A stretch of DNA of 64,000 nucleotides from Gekko japonicus (lineage: Eukaryota): contig NW_015175410.1 of assembly GCF_001447785.1 (NCBI RefSeq), forward strand, positions 152,230 to 216,229, given 5' to 3'. Positions 36,752-49,916 of the stretch are shown piece by piece. A model generated the notes under the pieces. It ran no database searches. It was not told the origin of the DNA and was given only the letters and a program-made list of their open reading frames with translations. Both the position numbers and the translations under genes were made by a program. Within the stretch, counting starts at the first letter, position 1. Each line of letters starts with the position of its first letter.

Positions 36752-37140
36752 AGATACCACTGGAGAATCCCATGTGCCTTAGAGGTTTCATTACCTAAAG
36801 GCAGAAGATTAATATCTCAACAGTTGAACAAGCTAAACAATAGGCAGAAGAACTATCAACAGAGGACACACAGGATGATTTTGAAAATTCTGAGGATTCT
36901 GAAAAATCTAAAAAAAAAAAAATTAAAAAAAAAAATCCAGACAAGGAAGAAGATAAACTAGACCAAGCTGCAGCATCTTGACAAAATGAACAAATAAAAG
37001 ATAATATTTTTGAACATAAAATCCAGGCAAGGAAGAAGATAAACTAGACCAAGCTGCAGCATCTTGACAAAATGAACAAATAAAAGATAATATTTTTGAA
37101 CATAAAGAGGAGAAGAAAAGAAGACTATTGAGAAGACTAA
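35950..37140 (+). pseudogene. Degenerate L1 ORF1 relic
   Basis: Broken frames give LEVQNRVNNL*FRG and DIDQI*RVNSRFASRNRLPRDNLIKFV, paralleling the ORF1 at 55523-56455. Includes (AG)n at 36701-36747. Confidence 0.65.
36932..37106. repeat. Tandem duplication, period 86 bp
   Basis: ATCCAG(A/G)CAAGGAAGAAGATAAACTAG...TTTTTGAACATAAA occurs at 36935 and 37021. Confidence 0.9.
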
Positions 37141-37142
37141 GT

Positions 37143-37336
37143 GAGAAGAAGAGATTGGATTTATACCCCACCCTTCACTACCCAAAGGAATCTCAGAGCA
37201 GCTTACAATTTCTTTTCCCTTCCCCTCCCCACAACAGACATCCTGTGAGGTAGGTGGGGCTAAGAGAGCTCTTCCAAGGACTGCTCATGAGAGAACAGCT
37301 CTGAAATAACCTGTAACTGACCCAAGGTCACACCAG
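37143..37336 (-). mobile_element. tRNA-derived SINE, truncated
   Basis: Matches the tail and body of 52457-52738. Confidence 0.8.
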
Positions 37337-37900
37337 AGAGTACCAAACCCCCCACATATTGTGTCACTTGGCAAAACAGTCCTTGCTGGATTAGGGCACC
37401 TTCAGAGACTGCTTTATATTCTTTCCTAACTTTTTAAGACTTCCAACCACCTTATCAGGCATTCAAAGTGACACCTTTCCTGACTGGGTATATTTTACAT
37501 CATTTGTACCCAACTCTTTTCCCCATTGGGGGACCCAAAGTGGCTAACAATGTTCTCCCCTTCTCCATTTTATTCTCACAACTACCCTGTAAAACAGGTT
37601 AGGCTGAGTGTCTGTGTGTGTGTGATTGGGCCATGGTTACCCAGCAAGCTTCCATGGCAGAGTGGCGATTCAAATCAGCAACTCTGATGGATCTCTGATT
37701 GGGTACAGACAGCCCATTGATTCACTAATATCTCCCTTTGTGGAGGGAATGCCTGTCCTGTGACCAAACAATCATGTTTAAACTGCTGTCAGATTAAGCT
37801 AACAAACTCTTCTAAAAAGCAGCAAGAAACGTTATGCTTACTTTTTATTGTTACGATATATTAATGAATACAAAATATTAAGTCGAGCTATTCAGTTTCA

Positions 37901-38248
37901 TGGAGCTGCGGTGGCTCAAGTGGTTAAGACGCTGAACTGCAGGGTGTGGAAGGTCAGTAGTTCAGCAGTTCGAGACCCGGGTGCCGCATGATGGAGTGAG
38001 CTCCCATCTCTAGTTTCAGCTCCTGCCAACCTAGCAGTTCGAAAGCAAGAAATTGCAAGTAGATAAATAGGTACCACTTCGGTGGGAAGGTAACAGCGTT
38101 CCGTGCGCCTTGGTGTTTAGTCATGCCGGCCACATGACCACGGAAATGTCTTCGGACAGTGCTGGCTCTTCAGCTTTGAAACGGAGATGAGCAACGCAAC
38201 CCTAGAGTTAGATTCGACTGGCTTTCGAGCAAGGGAATCTTTACCTTT
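37901..38248 (+). mobile_element. Sauria SINE, full length
   Basis: Head, core and tail as in 3803-4148. 12-bp TSD TATTCAGTTTCA. Confidence 0.92.
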
Positions 38249-39535
38249 TATTCAGTTTCAGTGGGATTTTTAAAAATCTGGATCTCAGTGTGATAGACTC
38301 CAATAAAAATCTCACACTGCCTAAACCAATTTATTAAGGGCAATTAAATAACTGACATTTATCTCAATCTATTACGATTTCTGATAGGATAGCCCTCAGG
38401 CATGACTTGTGCTTCAGGTAGCTCCTACAAAATTAAACACCTAAATATCTCATTAATCATGACAAAGGAAGAGACCCTTGCTGGGAGCATCCAAATAACA
38501 TTTCACTCAGTAGCTATAGAAAGATTTCATCAAATCAGTTTCTTCAAATCTGACTTTGCCATGGAAACTCCTGGGCTGTAAAGCGGGAAAAGCGCCCACC
38601 TAAGTGCAATTCGTATCAGCTGTTAAACAAGATGTTCTGCAGGCATGAAGTACTACAAAACTTAAAAGCTTAAAGGTTAGCAGGTTGAAATCTCTAAAAC
38701 AGAAGTGCAACACAAACAGGGCAACCTTGGTTATCAGCAACCAGCAGTGTGCCTTGTTCTTTAAGAATTCAAGACTGAAAGGGGAGAGTGGAATGGAGCT
38801 TCTCCTCTAGAGGCTAAGCTTCTGAGGAGAAACTGAAGACGCTTCCAAGGCAGATAACTGGGAGTACTTAGAAATATCTTATAGGCTCTGCATACAGGGT
38901 TTTATATTGGGCCTACAAGGCAGAAGGAGCCTAAGCTAGAGCTTTGCCTCAATTAAAGAGGCCATCTCAGCAAGCAGCACAGATTGTAGACTGTAAAAAG
39001 AAAGAGTAACTTGAAGTATTATATGATTGTACTCAAATTCATAGCTTTATGTCAATAAATTTACTCTTTATATGTTTCTGTAATCACCTCTCATTTTCTT
39101 TAATAGAAGTTCCCGAGAGTACTCTGCAGAAGTAGAAAACAAAACAAGCAATCCAACAGCACTTTTTAAAGACTGATAAAATTTCTTCTAGCCATAAGCC
39201 TTAGCAGAGGTTACACATGCAGACACACAAAATGATAAGATGGGATGACACTAAAGTTGTTGAAAGCTTAAAGCAAAACCAGTCTCAATGTAAGTTGTAC
39301 CCAAAAGGCCAGGAAACGGTTAACTTTTCAAGTGTATGTCCCACTAAGTGCCCTGTGGCATTTTTTTTATTAATGAATCAGCTTAAAAGCTGGCAATGAA
39401 CAACCTTAGAGAGATACACCACCTTAAGAATGTTCCCTGAAGTATTAAGAAAGCATTAAGAGATGAAAAAATGTAGAATAATAGGTCAAATAATAGGTTT
39501 ATGATGTTCTATAAATGGAAGTCCTATATACACCG

Positions 39536-40243
39536 TGTAACTGTCAAAGCCCAGGGCACCCTACTCCTGCAGGAGAAAGGGTGGAGCAGGGACACAGTGC
39601 CAAGGAAGGCAGCAGCCCAGATGCTGAGGTGAAGGAAAAGCCAGCCATTGCAGTTGACGAGAGCAAGGGAGGAACAACCAGGAAGCAGGACACCAGTTCT
39701 AGCTCCCTATGGAGCAGCAAAGGCTTCCTCTGGGGGTAAAGTCCTTCTCAGGAGCAGGGAATTAGGAATTAGGTGCCCAGGGGGAGAGGGATAAAAGGCC
39801 CCAGTTGAAGGAGGCAACGGAGGCTGCTGGCTCGAAGCTGTGAAGGAGTTGTGGGCAGTCAGGCCTGGAATCTTTGCAGGCTAGAGAGTACATAACCTCC
39901 TAGATACTTGCAAAGCAACATTCCCAGCCCAGGGGAAAGCCAGATGGAACTTCTTCCACCTAACCCAGGCTGATGGGCTCCCCCTGGATCTAACCTTGCA
40001 GAGGGGGTACAGGGGTCAGGACAGGAGCTTAAGGGGTTGGGAGAAGGGCTCAGGCTGGGAGAAGAACCCAAGCATCTAGGTATGAGCAAGTGGAGGTGAG
40101 GAGAAGGGGACTGGCTGGGCTACAGGGTAGTGATTGACCTCTGGTACTGGTATTGTAAAATAGCAGTGTAATTAAAGGGCAATCCATACCATTCTGGTGT
40201 GTCAGACTGTCTGTGGCACTATGGAAAGAAGATGGCAGCAACA
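39536..40243 (+). mobile_element. Possible solo LTR
   Basis: TGTAAC...GCAACA ends, a GATAAAAG TATA-like motif near 39790 and ATTAAA near 40171. No TSD, so boundaries are uncertain. Confidence 0.35.
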
Positions 40244-40728
40244 GAATAACTTCTTGTACTAAGCATTGTGTATCAAGAAATTTAGGTATACTAGACAAAC
40301 ATTACATTTATGATGCACCAGAATGTATTACTATAAACACTTTAAAATAGGATGCACAGAATCAATGCACTACTTTTTAACTCTACTGGCTTACCAACGG
40401 AAGAATTGTATGTACCACAAATAACGGAAAGGAGCAAAGCCTGCCTATATGTTCACAATGAACAATGAAGTGCCAACTGGGTCAATATACATGGGGCTTT
40501 ATTGCTATATAATTCTTTTCTCTGCATCCCTTTGTTAGTGTGTGTGAGGGAGAGATGGAGGGAGTACTGTCGAATTTAGAGACTTTTCTCTTGTATCAAT
40601 CTATTTAACCTTTTAGTGTCTTTCAGTGACTTCAGGCAAGTTTAGCTGAGGATTAGTGTCTGCAAGAGGTTCAATCTCCCTCACCTTCAGTGCTGGAGAA
40701 TATTCAGGCAGCTCTGAAAGGTCTGGGC

Positions 40729-41353
40729 TAGAGGTGTGCACTCAGTATATACTGAGCCGAATAAATACCCCAAAAATACTTTATTGGTATTATTCGGGTA
40801 TTTATTCAGTCAAATCAGTTTCTCTAATCTGATTCAGCTACCGATCTAGCTGAGCCCAAATAAAAGACAATCTTATTCAGTTTTTATTCGGGCTAAGCTT
40901 CACTTGCTGAGTAGAACTGAAGCCAGAAGGCATTTAAACTTTAAGTACATTCTGAATTCACTTGCAGAGTCGTGCCGCTGCTGTGGCATGACTCGGCGAG
41001 ATAAGTAGACTCAGAAGGCATTTAAACTTTAAATGCCTTCTGAGGTCATTTGCCTGTGCTGCTGCCGTGGCGGCAGCTTTGAGAAGGCATTTAAAGTTTC
41101 CCTTTAAATAACTTTTGCAAAGCCAATCTGTGTGCTAGTGAACCCGGAAGTGGTGCAAGTTCATCAACCCCCTTCTCCATTATACCATATGGGGACTGTC
41201 TCCATAGGGTATAATGGAGCCAAATGAATTTGACAATCTCAATTATTTCCTGAATCCGAATATCATACCGATACTGGAATTTGGAAATATCAATATTTTT
41301 CGGGTTCTATTTACTCAAACCAAAAAATACTGTTGTTTTTTTTCACACCCCTA
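40729..41353. mobile_element. hAT-type MITE
   Basis: TIRs TAGAGGTGTG / CACACCCCTA. TSD GTCTGGGC / GTCTAAGC (6 of 8). Subterminal CCGAATA repeats. Confidence 0.75.
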
Positions 41354-41371
41354 GTCTAAGCTAGGTAAATG

Positions 41372-42500
41372 TGTTGCCATGCAGCCCCTTCAGATGGCAT
41401 TATTAAAGACTCTTAAACATGCCTGCTTTGCTGAAACTGTGAAAAGAGTGTGTCAGGGCAATGGACAGAACTGTAGCCAAAGAGCAGTGTCCTTATACTG
41501 GACTATGGAATGTACTTTGGCCAAGGGGAGCCTTGTGCCTAAGCAGCATGCCAAACCAGATGCGGATCCCTGGACTACAGGAGCCTCTTGCCCTTGCAGC
41601 TTTGCAACCATGCCAGCGCTGGGATGCAGACTGGCAGCCCCGACCTCCACATACACAGAAACGGCAGCAGATCACTGAAGGATGCCATGCTGTGCAAAAA
41701 GCTCAAGGTGTTCCTGCACAGATGCCATGAAAAACTCCCTTCTCCATCATGCAGGAATTCCCCCTCACCTTCACGTATTAATATCACCAGGAGAAACACA
41801 CATTCCTCTCCAGCCTAAGACAAAAGGATGTGCCCGATGACAATAGCAAGCCATCAAGTCTTCCTGCTACCCATCAAGATAACGCAGCTGTCAAACATCT
41901 GGTCATTAATCCAAAGTACCAGTCCTGCAACCTGATTGGTTTTCTTCCTTCTCTCCTTGTCTACCCCTTTCCCTCAAGAGGTGTCACTCCCAGCCAAAGC
42001 ATTACTTGCAATTGTCCAACCATTAATCCCTTTTCTGCCCCATTCTTAGTTTACGTTTTCTTTATATTTCCTGGGAACTAGGTGACCAAAGCAGCCCTGC
42101 CACAGGTCACGCTTTCAGGTATAAAAGAAGAGGCTTGCGCTCTTGCTCGCTCTTTTGCTTTTACCTCTTCTAACCCCACCCTATCTTGCTGGTTCCATTT
42201 CTTGCGCAGTTTGGGACCTCTCCATGTGTGTTTCTCGTCAACTCATGGCCCCTTCCCTTATTTTATCCCTTTTTTGCTGCAGAATCAACTCGTCTCGCCG
42301 GACACCTCAACAATGATACTTCCTGCTAATGCAAACGTCTCTGTATTTTTTCTCTCTGAATTCTTAGTCCTGTATTGAGTATGTGTGTGCTTGATTTTAT
42401 ATTTGTATGTCTGAGATTCCTTTAGTAAAGAAATCACTACTTTAGTAATCTAGCCTCAGCGTCTATTCCTGGGTACTTGGAACTCAAACTCTGGTATACA
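41372..42500 (+). mobile_element. Probable ERV-like solo LTR
   Basis: TG...CA ends, TATAAAA at 42120 followed by a CT-rich R-like tract, AGTAAA at 42424. Flanks AATG/AAGG. The left boundary is tentative. Confidence 0.5.
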
Positions 42501-44191
42501 AAGGTTATGGTCCTATAATTAATGCCTATTGCCACTTAATAATCATAATTCCCCACATTTATTAATAAAATAAGGCCATTTGGCTAAAAAATGAAGTCAG
42601 AAAACATATTCCATTGATGCCTCTCTTTAGCAAGCTGCATGGGAACATCTTATTTTATTCCAGATGCACTTATGTTTCTCAAGGTGACTTCTACTGTAAA
42701 GGTTGTTTGTACAGCAAATAAATGTTACAGAGGCTTCTAGGAGGAAGAAAGAAAACCTAACACCACACCATCGCAGTGCTGAGTCATAAAAAGCAAAAGC
42801 TCTTCTAAAATCAATTAAGGTCTTCAAAAAGAAGAACAATGTGCCTTTGAGACCATGGCTGCCCAAAGCAAATGGAGAACTCGGGCATAAAATACTAACT
42901 CAGATTTGAGGGGGGGTGGGAAGAGCTTTCTTTATCACTTTTTGGAAATTCTCCTCCCCCATTGTAATGGATTCTTGCAGGGATTCAGGGGTTTGCACTT
43001 CCCTGACAGGTAATATAGGAATCTCAAAACAAAAGGTGTTAAAAATGCATTAAAGCCAAGCAGCTGAAACAAAAGATTGGCAACCTATGCATTTTTTTTC
43101 TCCTGGTGCATGGAGGCTGTCAGAATTCTGCAATACAATTGGCAGGGGGGGGGAAGCTACATGGTGCCTTTGTCGTGAGTGAGGGAACAGCTACTACTGA
43201 CACAGAAGAATGAGGCAGCTACCACAAGCAGAGCAGCCTGCTCCATACATCAGCCCAGAGACTACCCATGAGTCCCTGAGAGACTGGTATACTAATCCAA
43301 TTAAGGAGGGTGGTTTAGGGCTCTGCTAATGTGTAGATATTGTGTAGAAGATCTTAGTAGCCTGTTTTGTAAAACTGTTTGCTGTTGAGTATGTTCTGAG
43401 GAAGAGTAAATCCAACAGACCAGGATGTCTTCCTCCTGATTTTGCTGTAACTTTTTAAAACCAGAAGTTTCACTGCATGAAAGACTTCAAGAAAGTGACA
43501 GAGTTACAGAACAACATTTAACCCCACCAGTTTGTTTGTTCAAAGGGCAATACTGAGAACGGCAGAAATCAATGTGCAATAGAAATGGATTCAGAATCAA
43601 GGTTCTGCTCTCTGATTTCAGAAAGATGCAAAATGGGTTATTCATTTAGATCATGACAATGTGGATACCCTTTCCGTGCCAGATGTCCTGTAACTGTCAG
43701 CATCAAAGCTTCTTTAGGGCTTAGCAAGCTTGTGTACAGGGTCAATGGAAGAATCCTGCTCAATGTTTAAACCATATATAGGATGTCTTTTTGCCGGCAA
43801 GCCAAAATACATGGTGCATTATTAAGATACTTGCTATGCTGTGCTGCACCATCCAGTAACATAAAGAAATGATAGCAGATCAAACACTTTTTCCTTTCCT
43901 TGCTTTGGTCCATGAGGCATATTTTTTTAAAATACTCCCCAGCATGCTTACTACTCTGATAAAATATTTGTGCTGCATTTCTCCCCAAATCTACTTCTTG
44001 AATATCAACACACACACTGTTATCATTAGACTCCCGTGACTAATGTTTTGCCTGCCTTTCATGCTCTTTAGTCTGACAGAATCTTCACAGATAGGGGACT
44101 TAATTTGTACCGTTTTGCATTTTCAGACTTGTTTACAAAATTCACTTCATTGTAGAAAGCAACAGAATTGAAGGCGGGTGACTCTCATGTC

Positions 44192-44280
44192 ACAGACAGG
44201 AAGGAGAAAAAGTAGTTCCTGCCTCCCTGAATAGACGGTGAGAATCACCCACCAAGATGTCCTCCGCTTCAGAAGTAGAA
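44192..44280. mobile_element. Isolated DIRS terminal-repeat fragment
   Basis: Aligns by eye to 24418-24506 (TAGTTCCTG.CTCCCTGA...AATCACCCAC.AAGATGTCCTCCGC.TCAGA). Confidence 0.75.
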
Positions 44281-44404
44281 GATCCTGCTATTAGCTCTAA
44301 TATAAGTGGAACAGATTCCATGGGATCCAGTCCTGTACTGTGCCAGGAGCACAATTGAGGGTTTGTAAACAACCACCTTGCAACAATGGTTTTTGAAATA
44401 AATA

Positions 44405-46853
44405 TCATGCTTTCAGCCAAAGAGTGCTTGTTAATGGTTCCTCATCTTCTTGGAGAGGAGTGACAAGTGGAGTGCCTCAAGGATCTGTCCTGGAAGGGAT
44501 CTGTTTTGTTCAACATCTTTATAAATGATTTAGAGGAAGGAATAGAGGGAATGCTTATTAAATTTGCAGACAATACTAAATTGGGAAGGGTAGCAAATAT
44601 GGTAGAAGACAGAATCAGGATACAGGATGATCAAGGTGCCCTAAGGGAAATCGTCAACAAGTCCCTCTCAGAGGGTCTGTTCCTGGGGGCACTCAAGCGG
44701 TGGTATGTCCTCTCTGAAAAAAGCTGTCTCTGGACCCGACTGAATTGGCGAACTACCATCCGGTTTCCAACTTGCCCTATTTGGGCAAGATAATAGAGAG
44801 GGCTGTGGCAATGCAGGTACAGAGCTTTTTGCATGACGCTTCCATTTTAGACCCCTTCCAATCCGGCTTTCGCCTGGGTCATGGCACAGAGATGGCACTG
44901 GTTGCCCTCACAGACGATCTCTGGAGGCATCTGGATCGGGGTGGATCGGCAGTGCTTTTGTTGTCGGACCTGTTGGCTGCGTTCGACATGGTCGACCATC
45001 AGCAACCGATCCACCGCCTCGCCAACACTGGAATTCAGGGGCCTGCCTTGCAATGGCTCACCTCCTTTCTCCAAGGTCGGGGACAAAGGGTGGCCCTGGG
45101 GAACAGCCTTCCCGAAGGCACCCATTGGATTGTGGAGTGCCTCAAGGGGCGGTGCTGTCCCCGATGTTATTTAACATCTACATGAGCCTACCGATAGCAT
45201 ACCGGATTCACTTCAAGGTGCTGGTTCTTACCTTTAAAGCCCTTTATGGTCAGGGACCTACATACCTGAGGGACCGCCTTTTCCCACATGTTCCCCAGAG
45301 AGCACTGCGATCAGGGTCCCAACACTGACTGACCCTTCCCGGACCAAAGGATGCCAGGCTGGCTATAACCAGGGCTAGGGTTTTCTCAGTGGTGGCTCCT
45401 CTCTGGTGGAATGAGCTTCAAGAGGAGATCAGGGCCTTGCAGGACCTTATGCAGTTCCACAGGGCCTGCAAGACTGAGATCTTCCACCAGGCTTTCAATT
45501 AGGAGCCTCCCCAAGGGAGAACCATGTTCCCTGGAAGTCATCAACACAGCCTGTGCCAGCCGCACAATGTGAGATCTGGGTCGACCACTAGGATGATATA
45601 ATGAAGGTCAACCGCCATCTTACATTTATTTTTAACTTGTTAATCTTCTAATAACTTATTAGGATCACTACCTGTTAGCAACTTTTAATATTGAAACTGT
45701 AATATGGTTTTAGGATTATTTGAATTACTTATTGTTGTTTTTACTTCTTCTGTAAGCAGCCCGGATCCAGCCTTGGCTGGGAGGGCGGGGTATAAATTTA
45801 ATAATAAATAAATAAAATAAATACATCGTGACAGGCTGGAAATCTGGGTTAAAACAAATAAAATGAATTTCAATGGGGAGAAATGTAAAGTTCTGTATTT
45901 AGGTAGGAAAAATCAAATGCATAATTATAGGATGGGGGAGACTCATCTTGGCAGTAGTATGTGTAAAAAGGATCTAGGGATCTTAGCAGGCCATACACCA
46001 TACACAGAACATGAATCAGCAGTGTGATGCGGTGGCTAAAAAGGGAAATGCCATTTTGAGCTGTATCAATAGAAGTATAGTGTCCAGATAATGCTAAGCG
46101 ATGGTATCACTTTGCTCTGCTCTGGTTAGACCTCACCTAGACTGTGTTCAGTTTTCGGCACCACACTGCAAGAAGGATATAGACAAGCTGGAATGTGGCC
46201 AGAGGAGGGCAATGAAGATGGTGAGGGGCTTGAGACCAAGTCCTATGAAGAAAGATTGAAGGAACTGGGTATGTTTAGCCTGGAGAGGAGATGACAGAGA
46301 GGTGATATAACCATCTTCAAGTACTTGAAGGGCTGTCATATAGAGGATGGTGCGCAGTTACTTTCTGTTGCCCCAGAAAGTCAGACCAGAACCAATGGGT
46401 TGAAATTAAATCAGAAGATTTTTCGGCTAAACATTAGGAAGAACTTCCTGACAGAGTGGTTCCTTAGTGGAACAGGCTTCCTCAGGAGGTGGTGGGCTCT
46501 CCTTCTTTGGAGGTTTTCAAGCAGAGGCTAGATGGCCATCTGACAGCAATGCTGATTCTGTGAACTTAGGGAGATCATGAGAGGGAGGGCAGGAAGGATT
46601 GCACCAGTGCTTAGTTCTTGTGGCCTTTTCTTACACTCCCAGGGAAATGCTGATCACTACTTTGGGGTCAGGAAGCAATTTTTCTCCAGGCCAATTTGGC
46701 TGCAGATCCTAGGGTGTTTTTGTGTGTGTCATCTTCTGGGCTTGAAACAGCGGTCACTGCGGGTGTGGAGGGGGAGGTATTTGTGAATTTCCTGCATTGT
46801 GCAGGGGGTTGGACTAGGTGACTCTGGGGGTCCCTTCCAACTCTATGATTCTA
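44405..46853 (+). mobile_element. Older CR1 LINE split by an L2 insertion
   Basis: GSVLFNIFINDLEEGIEGMLIKFADNTKLG before 44631. The element resumes at about 45826 and ends in TTCCAACTCTATGATTCT. Confidence 0.85.
44632..45822 (+). mobile_element. L2 LINE fragment (internally deleted) with 3' tail
   Basis: NYHPVSNLPYLGKIIE...LDPFQSGFR...GVPQGAVLSPMLFNIYM is joined to LPIAYRIHFKVLVLTFKALYG. (TAAA)n tail. Confidence 0.88.
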
Positions 46854-47359
46854 AGCCAGCATTATTAAGCATTTTTGCCCCCATAGTTTTGGGTGCTGTA
46901 CATAACATAAAAATAGATTCAGGTGGGTAGCCGTGTTGGTCTGAAGCAACATAACAAAGTTTGAGTCCAGTGGCACTTTTAAGACCAACGAAGTTTATTT
47001 CTGGGTCTAAGCTTTTGTGTGCACGGATGCAGAGGAAACAAATATCTAAGTCCAAGACTTATATTCATGTGAACTGAATCTCAGCCAGGCAAATCTTGAA
47101 GCAAGGAACAAAGGCTGGGAAAAGGATGGGCTGACAACTATATTCAGGGAAGTCCATCTCCAGTGGGGCAAAATTAAGAACAATACTAAATCCTGTTCCG
47201 CTGATCAATCAATCACTGACAAAATGGCAAGAACTAACATTTAAGCTAATGCTGCAAAGTTAAAGATGCTCAGCATCCATAAGTATGGGTCCAGTGTAGA
47301 TGTGGGGAACATAAATAGAGCACAATGTAAATTCTGTCAAAGTATTACGCTATCTGACT

Positions 47360-47915
47360 TGTGCGTGTGCGTGTGTGTTAAATGCAGTCAAGTCACTACC
47401 AACTTATGGCAACCCTATGAATTAATGACCTCAAGATGTCATGCCATTAACAGCCGTGCTCAAGTCTTGCAAACTAAGTGCTGCGGCTTCCTTGATTAAG
47501 TCAATCCATCTCATCATTGCATCTTCCTCTTTTCCTGCTGCCTTCAACTTTTCCTAGCCTTAGTTTGGTCACCTTAGTTTCTAGGGAGAGCTCAGGCTTG
47601 ATTTGATATACAACCCACTTATTTATCTTTTTGGTGGTCCACAGTACCCCCAAAGCTCTCCTCCAGCACCACATTTTAAAGGAATCAGCTTCCTTCCTGA
47701 CAGCTTTCTTCATTGTCCAACTTTCACACCCATACAAAGTAATTGGGAATACTATGGTAAGAATGATCTTGATCTTGGTTGCCAGCAGCACATTCTTACA
47801 TTTAAGAATCTTTTTGAGCCCCTTCATGCCTGCCCTTCCTAGTCTCAGTCTCCTTCTAATTCCTCAGTTGCAGTCTCCCTTTTGGTTGATGATGAAACCA
47901 AGAAACAGAAACTCT
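47360..47915 (-). mobile_element. Older RTE LINE fragment
   Basis: IVFPITLYGCESWTMKKA...SFKMWCWRRAL. (CA)n tail. The same 3' end occurs at about 9250-9350. Confidence 0.8.
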
Positions 47916-47939
47916 AACAATTTCAGTTTCTTCACCATC

Positions 47940-48571
47940 CAACCCCTCCACACCAGCCAGCTTAGCTTGGAGAAGGGATTTAAAGAGACAAATGGCTTCT
48001 CAAGCCAGCAGACTAAGCCGTGGGGTGGGGTCTTGGAGAACGCCTTTAACTTTAAGTGTGTTCTCCAAGCCCCCCACCACCAGTGCCGCGCCGGCCTGGC
48101 TTAGAGGATTTAAAGAGATAAATACCTTCTCTGAGCCAAGCCGGCTGGCTGCTCTGGTGCTGGGGTGGGGCCTGGAGAACACATTTAACTTTAGATGGGG
48201 AGGGAGGAAAAGAGAGAGAGAGAAACAGACAGACAGACAGAAAGGAAGGAAGTGGAAAGAAAGCAAATAGATGGGGAGGGAGGGAAAGGTGGAAAGAAAG
48301 CGACTTGAACTTTAAATGCATCCTCCAAGCCCCCTTCCCCACCCAGCCGTCAGGGAGGGGGGCTTTGAGAATGCATTTAAAGTTAAAGTTGCTTTCTTTC
48401 TCTGCTCCCCCATCTCAAAGCCTACCCAGGGAGGGGAACATTGGCTGGGGAAGGGAAGACTGATCAGGGAGGCATGCCTCCCCTTCACTTCCCCAGCTGC
48501 TCTGCCGGGAGCCGTACAGTATGTGTGAAAGAGCCTCATGCGACTCCCGAGCTGCAGTTTGGCCACCCCTG
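47940..48571. mobile_element. Partial hAT MITE with TTTAAA-centred repeats
   Basis: Ends GAGCTGCAGTTTGGCCACCCCTG and contains internal inverted repeats. Confidence 0.55.
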
Positions 48572-49916
48572 CTATAAATGCTACCTAATGAGTGCCTGCA
48601 TAACTTTCAACATCAAAAACTCACTACAATGCTTGCTGGTACAATAAAAGCACAATCATGGAGAGAGCACGGCAGTTTTTCAACTTCATAAGCACGTCCC
48701 CATATCATGACTTCGAGACAGCCAGCAGCATATAACATCTTAACCCTTTTATGTTCTTAATTCAAGCGCAAAGTGAATATCAGATCAGAAGGGGAAGAAT
48801 GGCGTCCATCAACCAGGATTCTCTATGTAATTTCCCTGTATTATCTTGCCATTCTTTTTTTGGATGCTGTGCTTAACTTAGTCTATAATAATGCCTGAAT
48901 CATATCCTGATTCAAAGCTGGAGCATAGGCCAAGAATTCTGCTAGTACAAAAAAGATACTCTTTCTGCAATTAGATATTTCTAATATATATTCAATTTAA
49001 TGAGTACACAAAATATCAATTCCCCCCCCCCTTAGTTAACAGCTCCCATTTTTTAAAATATAGTTCCCGATATTTAAAGTTCTGTTGAAATTCCCCTCTT
49101 GGCATGCATATATATTGCAAATTAATTGTCTCTTCATCACTTTCCAACAGCTTGACAACAAGAATCCTAACAATGCTACTGTGCTGCTTTAATCTGCCAC
49201 TCGCTTAATGAACCATAATGTGCAACAGGCAGCCCATTTAGTTCTTCCCTGGGGATTATCAGTGCTTTGGAGGGAGTAATACTGGCTTCTTATATGTGCT
49301 CTAAGCTCATATACATTTTCTTTTAATGATGGCGCAATATGGTTGCTGGTTTATGGCCTACCAAACTAAAAACTGTCTCTGCCCACACCTTTCCTAGAGA
49401 CCTTTCCTTTACGGTAACATTTAAAATGTGTGCCTTACTTTTATTTGTTACTGGGCTCTTATGCTTTTGTGCCCCTGTAACATGTTAGCTAGCTTGAGTT
49501 GAAAGAAATAAGACAGAATGTAAATATTTTACATGAGTAAAGTATATTCAGCTTCATGTTGAACAGTGCAAGTTTGAGGCACCTTAAATTTATTGGGGCA
49601 TAAGTGCTGTAAATTCTAGTCCGCCAGGTGCATGAAGTGAGTTCCCAGGTAGCAAGATTTACATCCATAGGAGAACAGTATCCAATGGTTGTTTCCTGCT
49701 AGCAGAACAGCACTTTTGCAATTGTCACTGTCAGAGACCCAAGCCCTGTGGGTCCTCGAGGTTAAATGCACACAAATAAAGCAGACCTTTGTAAAAACAT
49801 ATAAAGGTTTATTTAAAGGTTTTAAGAAGGCTATCGCTATGCAGCACAGTCTCTGTAGCTTAGCAACAGAGAAAATAAAAAGCTAATTTTTCTATCTAAT
49901 AAATTTTATTTATTTA

